From: Nibricoccus sp.
GTDB taxonomy: Bacteria > Verrucomicrobiota > Verrucomicrobiia > Opitutales > Opitutaceae
Length of the DNA: 64,000 bases
NCBI GenBank assembly: GCA_047602425.1
Contig: JASGHG010000001.1
Coordinates: 3,040,001 to 3,104,000, forward strand
Direction: 5' to 3'
Shown: in pieces, positions 18,012 to 27,901 of the stretch
Numbering within the stretch: position 1 is the first letter of the stretch
How the letters are laid out: every line of letters begins with the position of its first letter
Program-made: the position numbers and the translations under genes
Notes under the pieces: model-generated
What the model was told of the DNA's origin: nothing
Seen by the model: only the letters and a program-made list of their open reading frames with translations
Databases searched by the model: none

Positions 18012-18995
18012 GTGATCACGCGACGTTCTTGGCTGAAAATATTGGCGGTCCTCAGTGCATCGCGGGCGCTCCCGCAACTCTCGGCCGCCTCGACGGTGCA
18101 GGAGCGAGATAAACTTGGCCCGCTCCTGCCGCAACGTGTCCTCGGAAAAACCGGCCTGAAGGTGAGCATGCTTTCCGTCGGCGGTTCGCACGTGGGTCGT
18201 CCGTCCGAAGCGGAAGCGGAGAAAATCATCGAAACGGCGATCGAGCTGGGTGTCCGAACCTTTGAAACCGCCCAACTTTATCAAAACGGGGGCAGCGAGG
18301 AGCGTTATGGAAAATTCCTAACTCCCAAATACCGGGAACACGTTCTCATCTTCACGAAAACGATGGCGCAGGATGCAAAAACCGCCGAGGCGCACCTCGA
18401 TGGTTCGTTGCGACGGATGAAGCTCGATTACGTTGACCTCTGGCAAATGCACGACATTGGCAGTCCCTCCGACGTGGACGAGCGGCTTCGCAACGGCGTG
18501 CTCGATGTCATGCTGAAGGCAAAAGCATCCGGCAAGGTTCGTCATATTGGCTTCACCGGACACACCACCTGGCGCGCTCACGCGCATCTCCTGGCGAAGA
18601 CCGACGTTTTTGAAACCTGTCTTATGCCCATCAACGTCGCGGACGTTTCCTATGAGAGTTTCATTCTGAATATCCTGCCCAAACTCACCGAGCGAAACAT
18701 GGGTGTGCTGGCGATGAAAACTCTGGCCGCCGGGGATTTTCTCCGCGGTCGTGACGGCGCGCCTCCGATCATCCCCGATCGCATTTCGATCGAAGAAGCG
18801 CTTCGTTTTGTCTGGTCTCTCCCGGTGTCAACTCTTGTGTCAGGCTTGGGCCTTGCCACGCACGTTCGCGAAAATGTTGGATACGCCGCCCGGTTCGACC
18901 CGCTTGATGACGCTGCGCGCGAGACCTTGATCAAGAAAATCGAGGACATTGCCAAAACCGGCAAACTTGAACGCAACTTCAAGCCCGCAAAGTAG
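18012..18995 (+). CDS. Aldo/keto reductase with twin-arginine signal
   Basis: TRRSWLK N-terminus; RVLGKTGLKVS, FETAQLY..G.SE, SLRRMKLDYVDLWQMH, GKVRHIGFTGH. Confidence 0.9.
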   Translation: MITRRSWLKILAVLSASRALPQLSAASTVQERDKLGPLLPQRVLGKTGLKVSMLSVGGSHVGRPSEAEAEKIIETAIELGVRTFETAQLYQNGGSEERYGKFLTPKYREHVLIFTKTMAQDAKTAEAHLDGSLRRMKLDYVDLWQMHDIGSPSDVDERLRNGVLDVMLKAKASGKVRHIGFTGHTTWRAHAHLLAKTDVFETCLMPINVADVSYESFILNILPKLTERNMGVLAMKTLAAGDFLRGRDGAPPIIPDRISIEEALRFVWSLPVSTLVSGLGLATHVRENVGYAARFDPLDDAARETLIKKIEDIAKTGKLERNFKPAK

Positions 18996-19180
18996 AAAAA
19001 CGGAGCGCAGGTATCCCGCGTCGGCCGTCCCTATTGGAGAATTAAAAACCATACGATACCGGTAAATATCGTCTGATGGTGATTCACGCGCGTTTTCGAC
19101 AGCGCAGCGAAAGGATGGGGGATTTGCCGAGTTCCGCGTCGCGCGGCGCACTTTTGTGCGGGAACTAGGTCCATTGCCAT

Positions 19181-20512
19181 ATGGCGCGCACCGTGGATGA
19201 CATTTCCGAGGCGATTGTGATTGGCGGAGGAATCGCCGGTTTGGGCGCCGCGCGGGAGCTGGCACGATGTGGCTGGCGCGTGACTTTACTGGAGGCTCGT
19301 GGCCGTCTTGGCGGGCGGGTTTTTTCGGTCACGACGCGCGGACTGACGCACCCTGTGGAACTGGGAGCGGAATTTGTCCATGGAAGCAACCCGGACTTTC
19401 AGGCGCTGTTGCGACGTGCCAAAGCGCGTTTGGAAACCGTTTCGCGGAAAATCTATCGCCATCAAAACGGACGGCTTGTGGAGGCGAACGACTACTGGAA
19501 ACGCATTGCGGAATTATTGGAAACGATTCCCGAAAACACGCCGCGTCCATTTCAGGATTTTCTCAATGCGTGGTCGAAACGTTTTTCTTCGGAGGAAATT
19601 GCCCGCATCCGAGATCACGTTGAGAGCTTTAACGCTGCAACGGCTGACCACATGAGCGCCGCAACGCTGCGACAAGATCACGCAGGTGCGGACCAACCCC
19701 AATATCGGGCGCGCGGTGGTTACCTTCGCGTCTTGGAAACGCTCAGCGGTGAAGTGCGGGAACTCGGGGTCTTGGTGGAGCTCGATACCGTCGTGAAGCG
19801 CGTGACTTGGGCTCCAGGCAAAGTAGTAATGCTGGCCGAAAACCGTCGGAGCGGAAAAGAATCTGTTTTTCGTGCGGCGCGCGCTGTCGTGACGCTTCCG
19901 CTCGGTGTGCTGAAAGCCAAATCGGTGACTTTTACTCCGCCTCTGAAAAACAAAGAAGCCGTTATTAAGCGACTGGGTTGGGGGAATGTCGTGCGCGTCA
20001 CCCTGCGTTTTTCGGCGAAGCTATGGAATCGGCGTTTTGTGAAAACGAAAACGGCGAGAAATAAGCCCGGCGAATTGCCTTTCTTATCGGTGGCCGGAAT
20101 TCCATTTCCAGTCTGGTGGGTGCCATCGACCGAACCAATGATCATCGGCTGGGCCGGAGGTCGCCTGGCAAACCCGCTCCAAAACTTGGGCCCCGGGAAA
20201 GTAAAAATGGCGGCCTTACGATCATTATCGGCCATTTGGAATCTTCCGATGCGTACGGTCCAGGCTAACCTGCTCGGCTTTTGGTCTCACGACTGGAGAA
20301 CGGACCCTTTTGCGCAAGGTGCGTACAGTTTTTCAGTCGCCGGATATGAAAACGGCCCCGCGCACTTGGCAAAACCAGTCAAACGCACGCTTTATTTTGC
20401 CGGCGAAGCCACGGCTGAAGAGCTCGGAACGGTGCATGGTGCATTCGCCAGCGGGATCAATGCCGCTCGCCGTTTAACCCGCGAAAATCCCTGCTCGCGC
20501 CCAAAAAGCTAA
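19181..20512 (+). CDS. Flavin-dependent amine oxidase family protein
   Basis: IGGGIAGL, LEARGRLGGRV, ELGAEFVHG, DW..DPFAQGAYS, FAGEAT...GTVHGA. Confidence 0.92.
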   Translation: MARTVDDISEAIVIGGGIAGLGAARELARCGWRVTLLEARGRLGGRVFSVTTRGLTHPVELGAEFVHGSNPDFQALLRRAKARLETVSRKIYRHQNGRLVEANDYWKRIAELLETIPENTPRPFQDFLNAWSKRFSSEEIARIRDHVESFNAATADHMSAATLRQDHAGADQPQYRARGGYLRVLETLSGEVRELGVLVELDTVVKRVTWAPGKVVMLAENRRSGKESVFRAARAVVTLPLGVLKAKSVTFTPPLKNKEAVIKRLGWGNVVRVTLRFSAKLWNRRFVKTKTARNKPGELPFLSVAGIPFPVWWVPSTEPMIIGWAGGRLANPLQNLGPGKVKMAALRSLSAIWNLPMRTVQANLLGFWSHDWRTDPFAQGAYSFSVAGYENGPAHLAKPVKRTLYFAGEATAEELGTVHGAFASGINAARRLTRENPCSRPKS

Positions 20513-20566
20513 GATGCTCACTCCTAAACGGCCCCGCACGACGAAAAATTTCCCAACTCCTTCAAC

Positions 20567-20596
20567 AAAAAGCCCTCCCGAGCAGTGGGAGGGCTT
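20567..20596 (-). terminator. Terminator downstream of tRNA-Met (likely bidirectional)
   Basis: AAGCCCTCCC/GGGAGGGCTT stem with an A-run on the + strand. Confidence 0.75.
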
Positions 20597-20602
20597 ATAA
20601 AT

Positions 20603-20679
<77 letters not shown>

Positions 20680-20695
20680 ACAAAGGGAGGGGCAG

Positions 20696-20723
20696 ACCTT
20701 GGCCTGCCACCTCCGCCTGTCAA
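20696..20723 (-). promoter_or_regulatory. Putative promoter of tRNA-Met
   Basis: TTGACA-N16-CAAGGT on the minus strand. Confidence 0.45.
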
Positions 20724-20879
20724 TGCCCTTTTTGTCAAAAATCTGAATTCACGCTTGCCAGAGGGGAGGGGCCTCTCTGTTTTGGACCGCTCTGTTCGTT
20801 AAACCTTAAACCAAAACCATCCATCACGATCGCAAGGCGGCCCATCGGCCGACCTGTGTTTCGAGAAACATAGATCATC

Positions 20880-21767
20880 ATGAACGTCACTGCTAAAGAC
20901 CTGCTCGACGCCGGAGTTCACTTCGGCCACCAAACCAAGCGCTGGAATCCCCGTTCTAAGCCTTACGTCTTCGATCATCGCCAGGGCATCACCATCATCG
21001 ATCTCGGCAAGACCCACGAGCAACTCGCCAAGGCCTACAGCTTCATCGAAGACACCGTCGCCAACGGCGGCAACGTCCTCTTCGTCGGCACCAAGCGTCA
21101 GGCCCAGGAAATCATCCGCGAGGCCGCGACCTCGACCAACATGCCGTACTGCGTTGACCGCTGGCTCGGCGGCACGTTGACCAATTTTGCCACCGTCAAA
21201 AAGTCCATCGCCAAGTTCAAAAAGTACCAGCAGATGGAAACGAGTGGCGAACTCCTGAAGTTCTCCTCCAAAGAAGGCGCCGCGATCAAACGCGAAATGA
21301 CCCGCATGCAGAAAAACTTCGCCGGCATCGTCGAAATGGGCGAATTGCCCAATGCGATGTTCGTGATCGACGCCAGCCACGAAGAAATCGCCGTCGCCGA
21401 AGCTTCCCGCTGCGGCATCGCTTGTATCGGTCTTGTTGATACAAACTCCGACCCGACCAAGCTCTCACACCCAATTCCGGGCAACGACGACGCCGTCAAA
21501 TCCATCCGCATCATCGTTGAGACCATCGTGCAGGCCGTCCAAAGCGGTCTCTCGCAGCGCGACTCCCGCCGCATCAGCCGTGGTCAGGCCGACCTGAAGG
21601 CCGCCAGCGCCGCTGTGGCCGCTGCCGCCGGTGCGACCGAAGTCGATCTCTCCAAGATCGAGCTTCCCCCGGAAGCTGTTCCGCTGGTTGAGGGCGAAGT
21701 TGACGCTCCGGTTGTCGTCAAAAAGAAGCCCGCCACCCGTAAGAAGGTCGCCGCTCCCAAGGAATAA
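20880..21767 (+). CDS. rpsB: 30S ribosomal protein S2
   Basis: LLDAGVHFGHQT.RWNP, RWLGGTLTNF, IPGNDDA. Confidence 0.98.
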   Translation: MNVTAKDLLDAGVHFGHQTKRWNPRSKPYVFDHRQGITIIDLGKTHEQLAKAYSFIEDTVANGGNVLFVGTKRQAQEIIREAATSTNMPYCVDRWLGGTLTNFATVKKSIAKFKKYQQMETSGELLKFSSKEGAAIKREMTRMQKNFAGIVEMGELPNAMFVIDASHEEIAVAEASRCGIACIGLVDTNSDPTKLSHPIPGNDDAVKSIRIIVETIVQAVQSGLSQRDSRRISRGQADLKAASAAVAAAAGATEVDLSKIELPPEAVPLVEGEVDAPVVVKKKPATRKKVAAPKE

Positions 21768-21788
21768 TTTCGCCACTGAAATTTCGCA

Positions 21789-22385
21789 ATGAGCACTCCC
21801 GTCACATCACAAATGGTCAAGGAACTGCGCGAGAAAACCGGAGCCGGTTTGCTCGACTGCCAGAAAGCCCTGACCGAATCCAAGGGTAACCTCGAGGAAG
21901 CGATCACGATCCTCCGCAAAAAGTCCGGAGGCAAAGTCGACAAGCTCGCCGCTCGCGCCACGAAGGAAGGCCTCATCGAGAGCTACATTCACATCGGCGG
22001 TAAAGTCGGTGTGTTGCTCGAAGTGAACTGCGAGACCGACTTCGTTGCTCGCAACGATGACTTCCGCGCCTTTTGCAAGGACCTGTGCCTGCAGATCGCC
22101 GCCGCCAGCCCGCTCTACGTGGCTCGCACCGAAGTTCCGGAAGCTGCTGTCGCTGCTGAACGCGACGTTGCTGCTGCCTCGGTTGCCGGCAAGCCGCCTG
22201 CGGCTGTGCAGAAGATCGTCGAAGGCAAACTCGACAAGTATTACTCGACCGTCTGCTTGCTCGACCAGCCCTTCGTGAAGCTGCCCGAGAAGACCGTGAA
22301 GGAAGTTCTCGCGGAGAAAGTCGCGAAGATCGGCGAAAACATCCAGATCCGCCGCTTCACCCGCTTCCAACTCGGCGGCAACTAA
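21789..22385 (+). CDS. tsf: Elongation factor Ts (short 198-aa form)
   Basis: VKELREKTGAG, EVNCETDFVA, IRRFTRF. Confidence 0.97.
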   Translation: MSTPVTSQMVKELREKTGAGLLDCQKALTESKGNLEEAITILRKKSGGKVDKLAARATKEGLIESYIHIGGKVGVLLEVNCETDFVARNDDFRAFCKDLCLQIAAASPLYVARTEVPEAAVAAERDVAAASVAGKPPAAVQKIVEGKLDKYYSTVCLLDQPFVKLPEKTVKEVLAEKVAKIGENIQIRRFTRFQLGGN

Positions 22386-22408
22386 GCCGAACCAGTTCGA
22401 ATCTTTTC

Positions 22409-22442
22409 AAAGGCGCCATGTCATCCGACGGGCGCCTTTTTT
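22409..22442 (+). terminator. Terminator of rpsB-tsf
   Basis: AAAGGCGCC/GGCGCCTTT stem followed by a T-run. Confidence 0.8.
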
Positions 22443-22628
22443 GTTTTCGATTTTTCAGACGCAAATTTTGCGGATAGGCGCGCCGAAGCAAAGGCGTTGG
22501 TTACGAATCCATGGGTGGGGACTGGACCTGCGGTCGAATCCGCGGTCCAAGAGCAATTCGATTTCCAGCCGACGGTTTTTTGCCTGCCTCTCTTGATGTT
22601 TGTCGGTTTCGGAATGAATTGGGTGCAA

Positions 22629-23036
22629 ATGAAAGTCACCCGAGGACAGATCGTAGCCCGCGGCCTGTTGAATGCCTGCCCAAACTGCGGAAAGCACACG
22701 CTTTTTAGCTCTGGTACGTTGTTTCGTGTGAATAAGGAATGTCCGAACTGCGGACTTCGCTTTGAACGTGACGAAGGTTTTTTCCTCGGCTCGATGTCAC
22801 TCAACTACGGCGTCACGATCATGATCTTTCTCTTACCAGTATTGGGTTTGTATCTGGCAAGTGTTTTAAGTGGTGTGACCGCTGCGATTTTGGCCGGGGT
22901 GGGGGCAGTGGTTTTCCCAATGCTATTTTATCGTTCTTCGCGCAGTTGGTGGTTGATGAGCTATTACTTTTTCCTGCCCCAACACCTACCGGCCAACCGC
23001 GTCGATCTTGTGATCGGCGAGGACGAAAACACCTGA
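22629..23036 (+). CDS. DUF983-like zinc-ribbon membrane protein
   Basis: CPNCG...LF...CPNCG.RFERDEGFFLG followed by two TM helices; alternative start ATG22614. Confidence 0.8.
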   Translation: MKVTRGQIVARGLLNACPNCGKHTLFSSGTLFRVNKECPNCGLRFERDEGFFLGSMSLNYGVTIMIFLLPVLGLYLASVLSGVTAAILAGVGAVVFPMLFYRSSRSWWLMSYYFFLPQHLPANRVDLVIGEDENT

Positions 23037-23159
23037 TCGACAAGTGGTTTGCCGAGCGCCAACCAGAGATTGTGCCTGAAAATCGAAGGTAAGGGCCACT
23101 GGCGAAACTTTCGGCTTTCATTTTGGCGGGGTGTGCCTACGTTTTCGCCTCCTTCACCC

Positions 23160-23250
<91 letters not shown>

Positions 23251-23471
23251 TTTTAAATCGCCCAAGCTATAGATGCTGCGGAGGTTTGGTTGCGGTCGAA
23301 AGGGTTGCCGAAGCTGTTCAGATGACGGTATTTCGCTTTGAGGTCGAACCTTGCGACAGTGCAAGGGCTTATGCTGAAACGTGCCGTCGTTTCTATTGTT
23401 AATTAAGAATTACGCCGGGCTAACAAAAGCTTGTTCTAAGCGCGGGTGTTGCTCAGGTTGCGCGGCTGCAC

Positions 23472-25331
23472 ATGAAGAAAATCGCCTCCGTTCTAGTCAC
23501 ACTTTGCTGCGTTTCCGGACTGCTGCGCGCGGAAGAATCCGCCGTTCTGCTGCCGAGTCTGACGACTTATTCAGCGCGCACGGCAAATCAGGATCCAGTT
23601 GGAACATTTGCGATGCCGGTTTCAGCGCTGCGTTACGAGCCGCTGGTCGATTTGCAGGCGCGCAATCAAGGTGAAGCGCAGGCCGACGTGACGATTCGCG
23701 GAGGCATTTTTGAAAATACCGGTTTCCGCATCGGCGGCGTTTCGCTCTACGATCCGCAAACGGGTCACTATTTTGCCGAGATCCCGGTGGCTTCCGCCAT
23801 GCTGAAGGAGCCGTCCGTGCTCACGGGGACCGACAACGCGCTTTTGGGTTTCAATGCCAATGTTGGCACCGTTGCTTACGGTTGGCGACCGATTGCTACG
23901 CGCGGCGAACTCTCGCTCGGTCGCGGCGATCACGATTTTGAGCGCGGAAGCTTCTATCAAGGTTATGCGAGCCCGTGGAAAATTGCCGGTCGTAGTCTTG
24001 CTGCGGATACGGAGTTTTCTCATTCCTCCGGCAACGGCACGATCGAGAACGGAGATCACCGTTTCTCTCGCGCCAACACCCGGGTGCAACTCGCCGGCAG
24101 CGAAGGTTCGCAGACGGATTTATTCGCCGGATATCAGGAAAAATTTTTCGGTTGGCCGAATCTTTACACGCCCTTTGGCGTCAATGAGACCGAAAGCCTC
24201 CAGTCTGTGCTCGTCGCGCTCAACCATCGGGAGTCGTTAGGCTCTGGCGATTTTTTCGAGTTCGGCGCGTTCTACCGCCGCAATAAAGACGACTACGAAT
24301 ACAGCCGCGAAATTCCCGGACGCTTCAATCCCTACCAGCACACCACTTGGGCTCGCGCGGTCGCGCTGAGTGGCCGCAATGACCTCGGATTTTTCGTGCT
24401 CAATTACTCGGGCGAAATCCTCGGTGACAGCCTTGCCTCGACGTCGCTGACGTTTGGAAAACCAAATGACCACTACAAATCACGAACTTACTACAAAGCG
24501 GGACTTGTCCCGGAAAAATCGTGGACGCTCGACGGCATGAACCAACTCGTCGCCAAGGCGGGTGTTTCCTTTGACGACACAAATCGGGATAGTGCTGCAT
24601 GGTCGCCCTTGGCCGAATTGGCCTGGGTACGAAACAATGCCAAGACGTGCCAGAGTCGTGTCTATATAAGCTATGCGAAGACCTCGCAGGTTACCACTTA
24701 CACTGCGCTCAAATCCAGTCCGAGCAGCGGGCTTTTCCGCGGAAATCCCTACTTGGGCCGGCAGCACGCGGAGAATATAGAAGTTGGCGGCTCGCATACC
24801 CACGGACACTGGTCGTATCGCTCGGCAGTATTTTTCCGCCGCGATCGGGCGTTGGTGGATTGGACGTATCTGAATGCGAGCGCGTCGGCCCGTCGCGCCA
24901 ATGCTGTCGATATCGATGCGTTCGGCTTTGAAGGCGTCTTGAGTTATACGAGCGCACGTTTCACCTTCGTGCTGGGATATACTTTTCTCGACAAGGAAGC
25001 CGATTACCGCGGCGCATTGGTCGACGCCAGCTTTTACGCGCTCAATTACGCGACCAACCGTTTGACGGCGGCGGTGGTTGCGCGGCTTGGCGGCGGTTTC
25101 GAGGTGCGCATGGACAACGTCGCGCGGGTCCAAGAGGACAATTGGCTTCGTCGCGTCGGTGGCGACGAGGCTTTGCACTCCTCGCTCGGTTTGTACTATC
25201 TGCCCAAGGCGGTGGCAGGCCTCGAAATCTCGCTGACCGCGAATAATCTTTGGAAAAGCAACTATCAGGAAGTACCGTCGGTGCCGGCGCCCGGCCGGCA
25301 ATTGTCGGCCGGTGTAACTTATCGGTGGTAA
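23472..25331 (+). CDS. TonB-dependent receptor
   Basis: Signal peptide, plug-like QADVTIRGGIFE motif, beta-barrel, C-terminal GRQLSAGVTYRW. Confidence 0.85.
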   Translation: MKKIASVLVTLCCVSGLLRAEESAVLLPSLTTYSARTANQDPVGTFAMPVSALRYEPLVDLQARNQGEAQADVTIRGGIFENTGFRIGGVSLYDPQTGHYFAEIPVASAMLKEPSVLTGTDNALLGFNANVGTVAYGWRPIATRGELSLGRGDHDFERGSFYQGYASPWKIAGRSLAADTEFSHSSGNGTIENGDHRFSRANTRVQLAGSEGSQTDLFAGYQEKFFGWPNLYTPFGVNETESLQSVLVALNHRESLGSGDFFEFGAFYRRNKDDYEYSREIPGRFNPYQHTTWARAVALSGRNDLGFFVLNYSGEILGDSLASTSLTFGKPNDHYKSRTYYKAGLVPEKSWTLDGMNQLVAKAGVSFDDTNRDSAAWSPLAELAWVRNNAKTCQSRVYISYAKTSQVTTYTALKSSPSSGLFRGNPYLGRQHAENIEVGGSHTHGHWSYRSAVFFRRDRALVDWTYLNASASARRANAVDIDAFGFEGVLSYTSARFTFVLGYTFLDKEADYRGALVDASFYALNYATNRLTAAVVARLGGGFEVRMDNVARVQEDNWLRRVGGDEALHSSLGLYYLPKAVAGLEISLTANNLWKSNYQEVPSVPAPGRQLSAGVTYRW

Positions 25332-25638
25332 GTGGTTTTTGGTGGGAGGAGGAGAGGGCGAAGAAGGGGTAGTTTTGGCTTCATAGCCGGAGTCAACGAT
25401 GTGCGCATTGGCGTGATTGCTTGCGTGGGGGGCATCGCGTTGGGTGGTCGACGTCCCGCCCCAATAATTTAGCCCCGGCCATATTTCCCCTGTTTTTGCT
25501 CTGCGCGTGTACGGCTTTGCCTGACGCAATTTTTGTTAACCGAACCAGTTGAATGATACGCTTTCGCTCAGCCATGACTGCTAATTTCGACTTGTGGTAT
25601 GGGAAGTATTCCCAAGCCATTGGGTATCGTATATAGAA

Positions 25639-25673
25639 AAGGCGGCGCGTCCTTGGTGTGGGCGCGCCGCCTT
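25639..25673. terminator. Strong 14-bp hairpin, terminator-like on both strands
   Basis: AAGGCGGCGCGTCC-loop-GGGCGCGCCGCCTT. Confidence 0.55.
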
Positions 25674-25894
25674 ATTATCGAAGTGCTTTGGAAAATGGTT
25701 CAGTGCCTGTCGCCAGGAGTGGACGAAAGCCAACGTCGTTCTTTTGGCCGTTTCTGACATGCAGACGGAAAACTGCCTGCATGCGCCGGTTTGTCCTACT
25801 AGTGGTTTCAATCTGGCCGCCGTTACGCTATGGTTTGTCTGCTCCATCTTCGGCTGAAAAACCTACCGCCGTCATCCGGCCAAACATTGCTCCT

Positions 25895-27850
25895 ATGAAA
25901 CACCTTCGCTTTTCACTTCTGCTCTTCTGCCTGCTCGCGGGCAACGTGTTGTTTTCCGCCAGCATCACGGTCGAATTCAAACGTCCCGGTCCGACGATTA
26001 ATCCCGCGATGTGGGGTGTTTTTTTCGAGGATATTAATTTTGGTGCAGACGGTGGACTGTATGCCGAGCTCATAAAAAACCGCGGCTTCGAGTTTCCTGA
26101 ACCTCTCATGGGGTGGAACAAACTTTGTCCGCCCAAGGCAAAAGGAGAGCTCTCCCTGCGAACTGAGGCGCCGTTTAACGCGAAAAATCCTCATTACGTG
26201 CGATTGCAATCTGCCGGTAAGGCATTGTTCGGCATTTCCAACGGCGGATTTCGAGGCATCGGCGTCGAGGTGGGAAAAAACTACGATTTTTCTGTGCGCG
26301 TTAGAAACGTCGGCGGTACGGCAAAACTGAGCATACGGCTGTACGGGAGCGATGGTGCCACGCTTGCGACGGCGGAACTCTCGGGCTTCACCAACGACTG
26401 GGCTAACTACAAGGCGGTCCTTCAACCGAAAAACACGGATGCAAAAGCCTGGCTGGCCATGCTTGTTGATGGAGAAGGAACGATGGACCTCGATTTTATT
26501 TCGCTTTTTCCGCGCGAAACCTGGCGGGGCCGGCCGGGCGGTCTCCGCGCCGACATGGTGCAGGCCCTTGCTGACCTGAAGCTCGGATTCTTTCGCTTTC
26601 CCGGCGGCTGTATTGTGGAAGGTGCCACCCTCGATCGCCGCTACCAGTGGAAAAATACAATTGGTCCAATTGAGGAACGGCCGCTGCTCCTCAATCGTTG
26701 GAATAACGAATTTATTCACCGCCCTGCTCCGGATTACTTCCAATCCTTTGGGCTCGGTTTTTTTGAATATTTCCTGTTGTGCGAAGATATCGGTGCCGAA
26801 CCATTGCCTATCTTAAATTGTGGCATGGCCTGTCAGTACAATTCCGGGGAACTTTGCCCTCTCGACGAACTCGGACCCTACATTCAAGACGCGCTCGATC
26901 TGATCGAATTTGCGAACGGCCCGATCACAAGCGAGTGGGGCGCGAAGCGTGCCGCGCTCGGGCATCCTGCGCCGTTTAATTTGAAACTGCTCGGCGTCGG
27001 CAATGAGCAATGGGGTCAGCAATATATCGATCGTTATGCGAAGTTCGCGGAAGTTCTAAAAGCGAAGCATCCGGAAATCGCTCTCGTCTCCTCCGCAGGT
27101 CCAAAACCGGCGAACGATCAGTTTAAATTCCTTTGGCCGAAACTGCGGGAGCTCCACGCCGATCTAGTCGACGAACATTCCTACGCTAAGCCCGAGTGGT
27201 TTTTCGATAGTGCGCACCGCTACGATGCGTACGATCGCAACGGGCCGAAGGTTTTCGTGGGCGAATATGCTGCGCAGAGCGACACCGCCCGCGTCAAAAG
27301 TCGCAGCGGTTTCGAATGCGCGCTGGCCGAGGCGGCGTTTCTCATCGGACTGGAGCGCAATGCCGACGTGGTTCGCATGGCCTCTTATGCGCCTCTTTTT
27401 GCGCACGCCGACGCCTGGCAGTGGTCGCCAAATCTAGTTTGGGTCGACAACCTGCGCATCCTGCGAACGCCGAGTTATCACGTGCAGGCGCTTTTCGCTC
27501 GGAATCGAGGCGATCGCGTGTTGCCGGTTACCGTTGGATCGTTAAACGCTCAGGAAGATAGACGATTCTACGCTTCCGCTGCGATGGACGAAAGAGCTGG
27601 CGAAGTGATTCTCAAGGTCGTGAATGCCACACCGGAAGCCTCGCGCAGCACGGTTGATTTGGCGGGCGTCCGAAAGGTCAGCGCCGGCGCATTGACCGTT
27701 TTTAAAGCGGATAGTCTCGATGCTGAAAATACTTTTGCAGCGCCTGGGATGGTTGCGCCACAGACGACTCCGTTTCTTCCGGCGGGCGGAAAATTCGAAA
27801 TTTCGCTGCCAGCCAATTCATTCACGCTTCTGCGGCTGAAGGTGGAATGA
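25895..27850 (+). CDS. Alpha-L-arabinofuranosidase (GH51), secreted
   Basis: FFEDINFGADGGLYAELI, RFPGGC, GNE (acid/base), GEYA (nucleophile), MASYAPLF. Confidence 0.93.
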   Translation: MKHLRFSLLLFCLLAGNVLFSASITVEFKRPGPTINPAMWGVFFEDINFGADGGLYAELIKNRGFEFPEPLMGWNKLCPPKAKGELSLRTEAPFNAKNPHYVRLQSAGKALFGISNGGFRGIGVEVGKNYDFSVRVRNVGGTAKLSIRLYGSDGATLATAELSGFTNDWANYKAVLQPKNTDAKAWLAMLVDGEGTMDLDFISLFPRETWRGRPGGLRADMVQALADLKLGFFRFPGGCIVEGATLDRRYQWKNTIGPIEERPLLLNRWNNEFIHRPAPDYFQSFGLGFFEYFLLCEDIGAEPLPILNCGMACQYNSGELCPLDELGPYIQDALDLIEFANGPITSEWGAKRAALGHPAPFNLKLLGVGNEQWGQQYIDRYAKFAEVLKAKHPEIALVSSAGPKPANDQFKFLWPKLRELHADLVDEHSYAKPEWFFDSAHRYDAYDRNGPKVFVGEYAAQSDTARVKSRSGFECALAEAAFLIGLERNADVVRMASYAPLFAHADAWQWSPNLVWVDNLRILRTPSYHVQALFARNRGDRVLPVTVGSLNAQEDRRFYASAAMDERAGEVILKVVNATPEASRSTVDLAGVRKVSAGALTVFKADSLDAENTFAAPGMVAPQTTPFLPAGGKFEISLPANSFTLLRLKVE

Positions 27851-27901
27851 AGGAGGGCTCATGACACAATATAAAACCATATAATATCGCCATTTTATAA
27901 T

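Noticed and set aside
25332..25620. Minus-strand peptides (75-aa ORF; PHASNHANAHIVDSG resembling an H-X9-DG prepilin tail)
   Set aside because: Motif spacing is wrong, the frame runs antisense into the TBDR, and there is no credible start.
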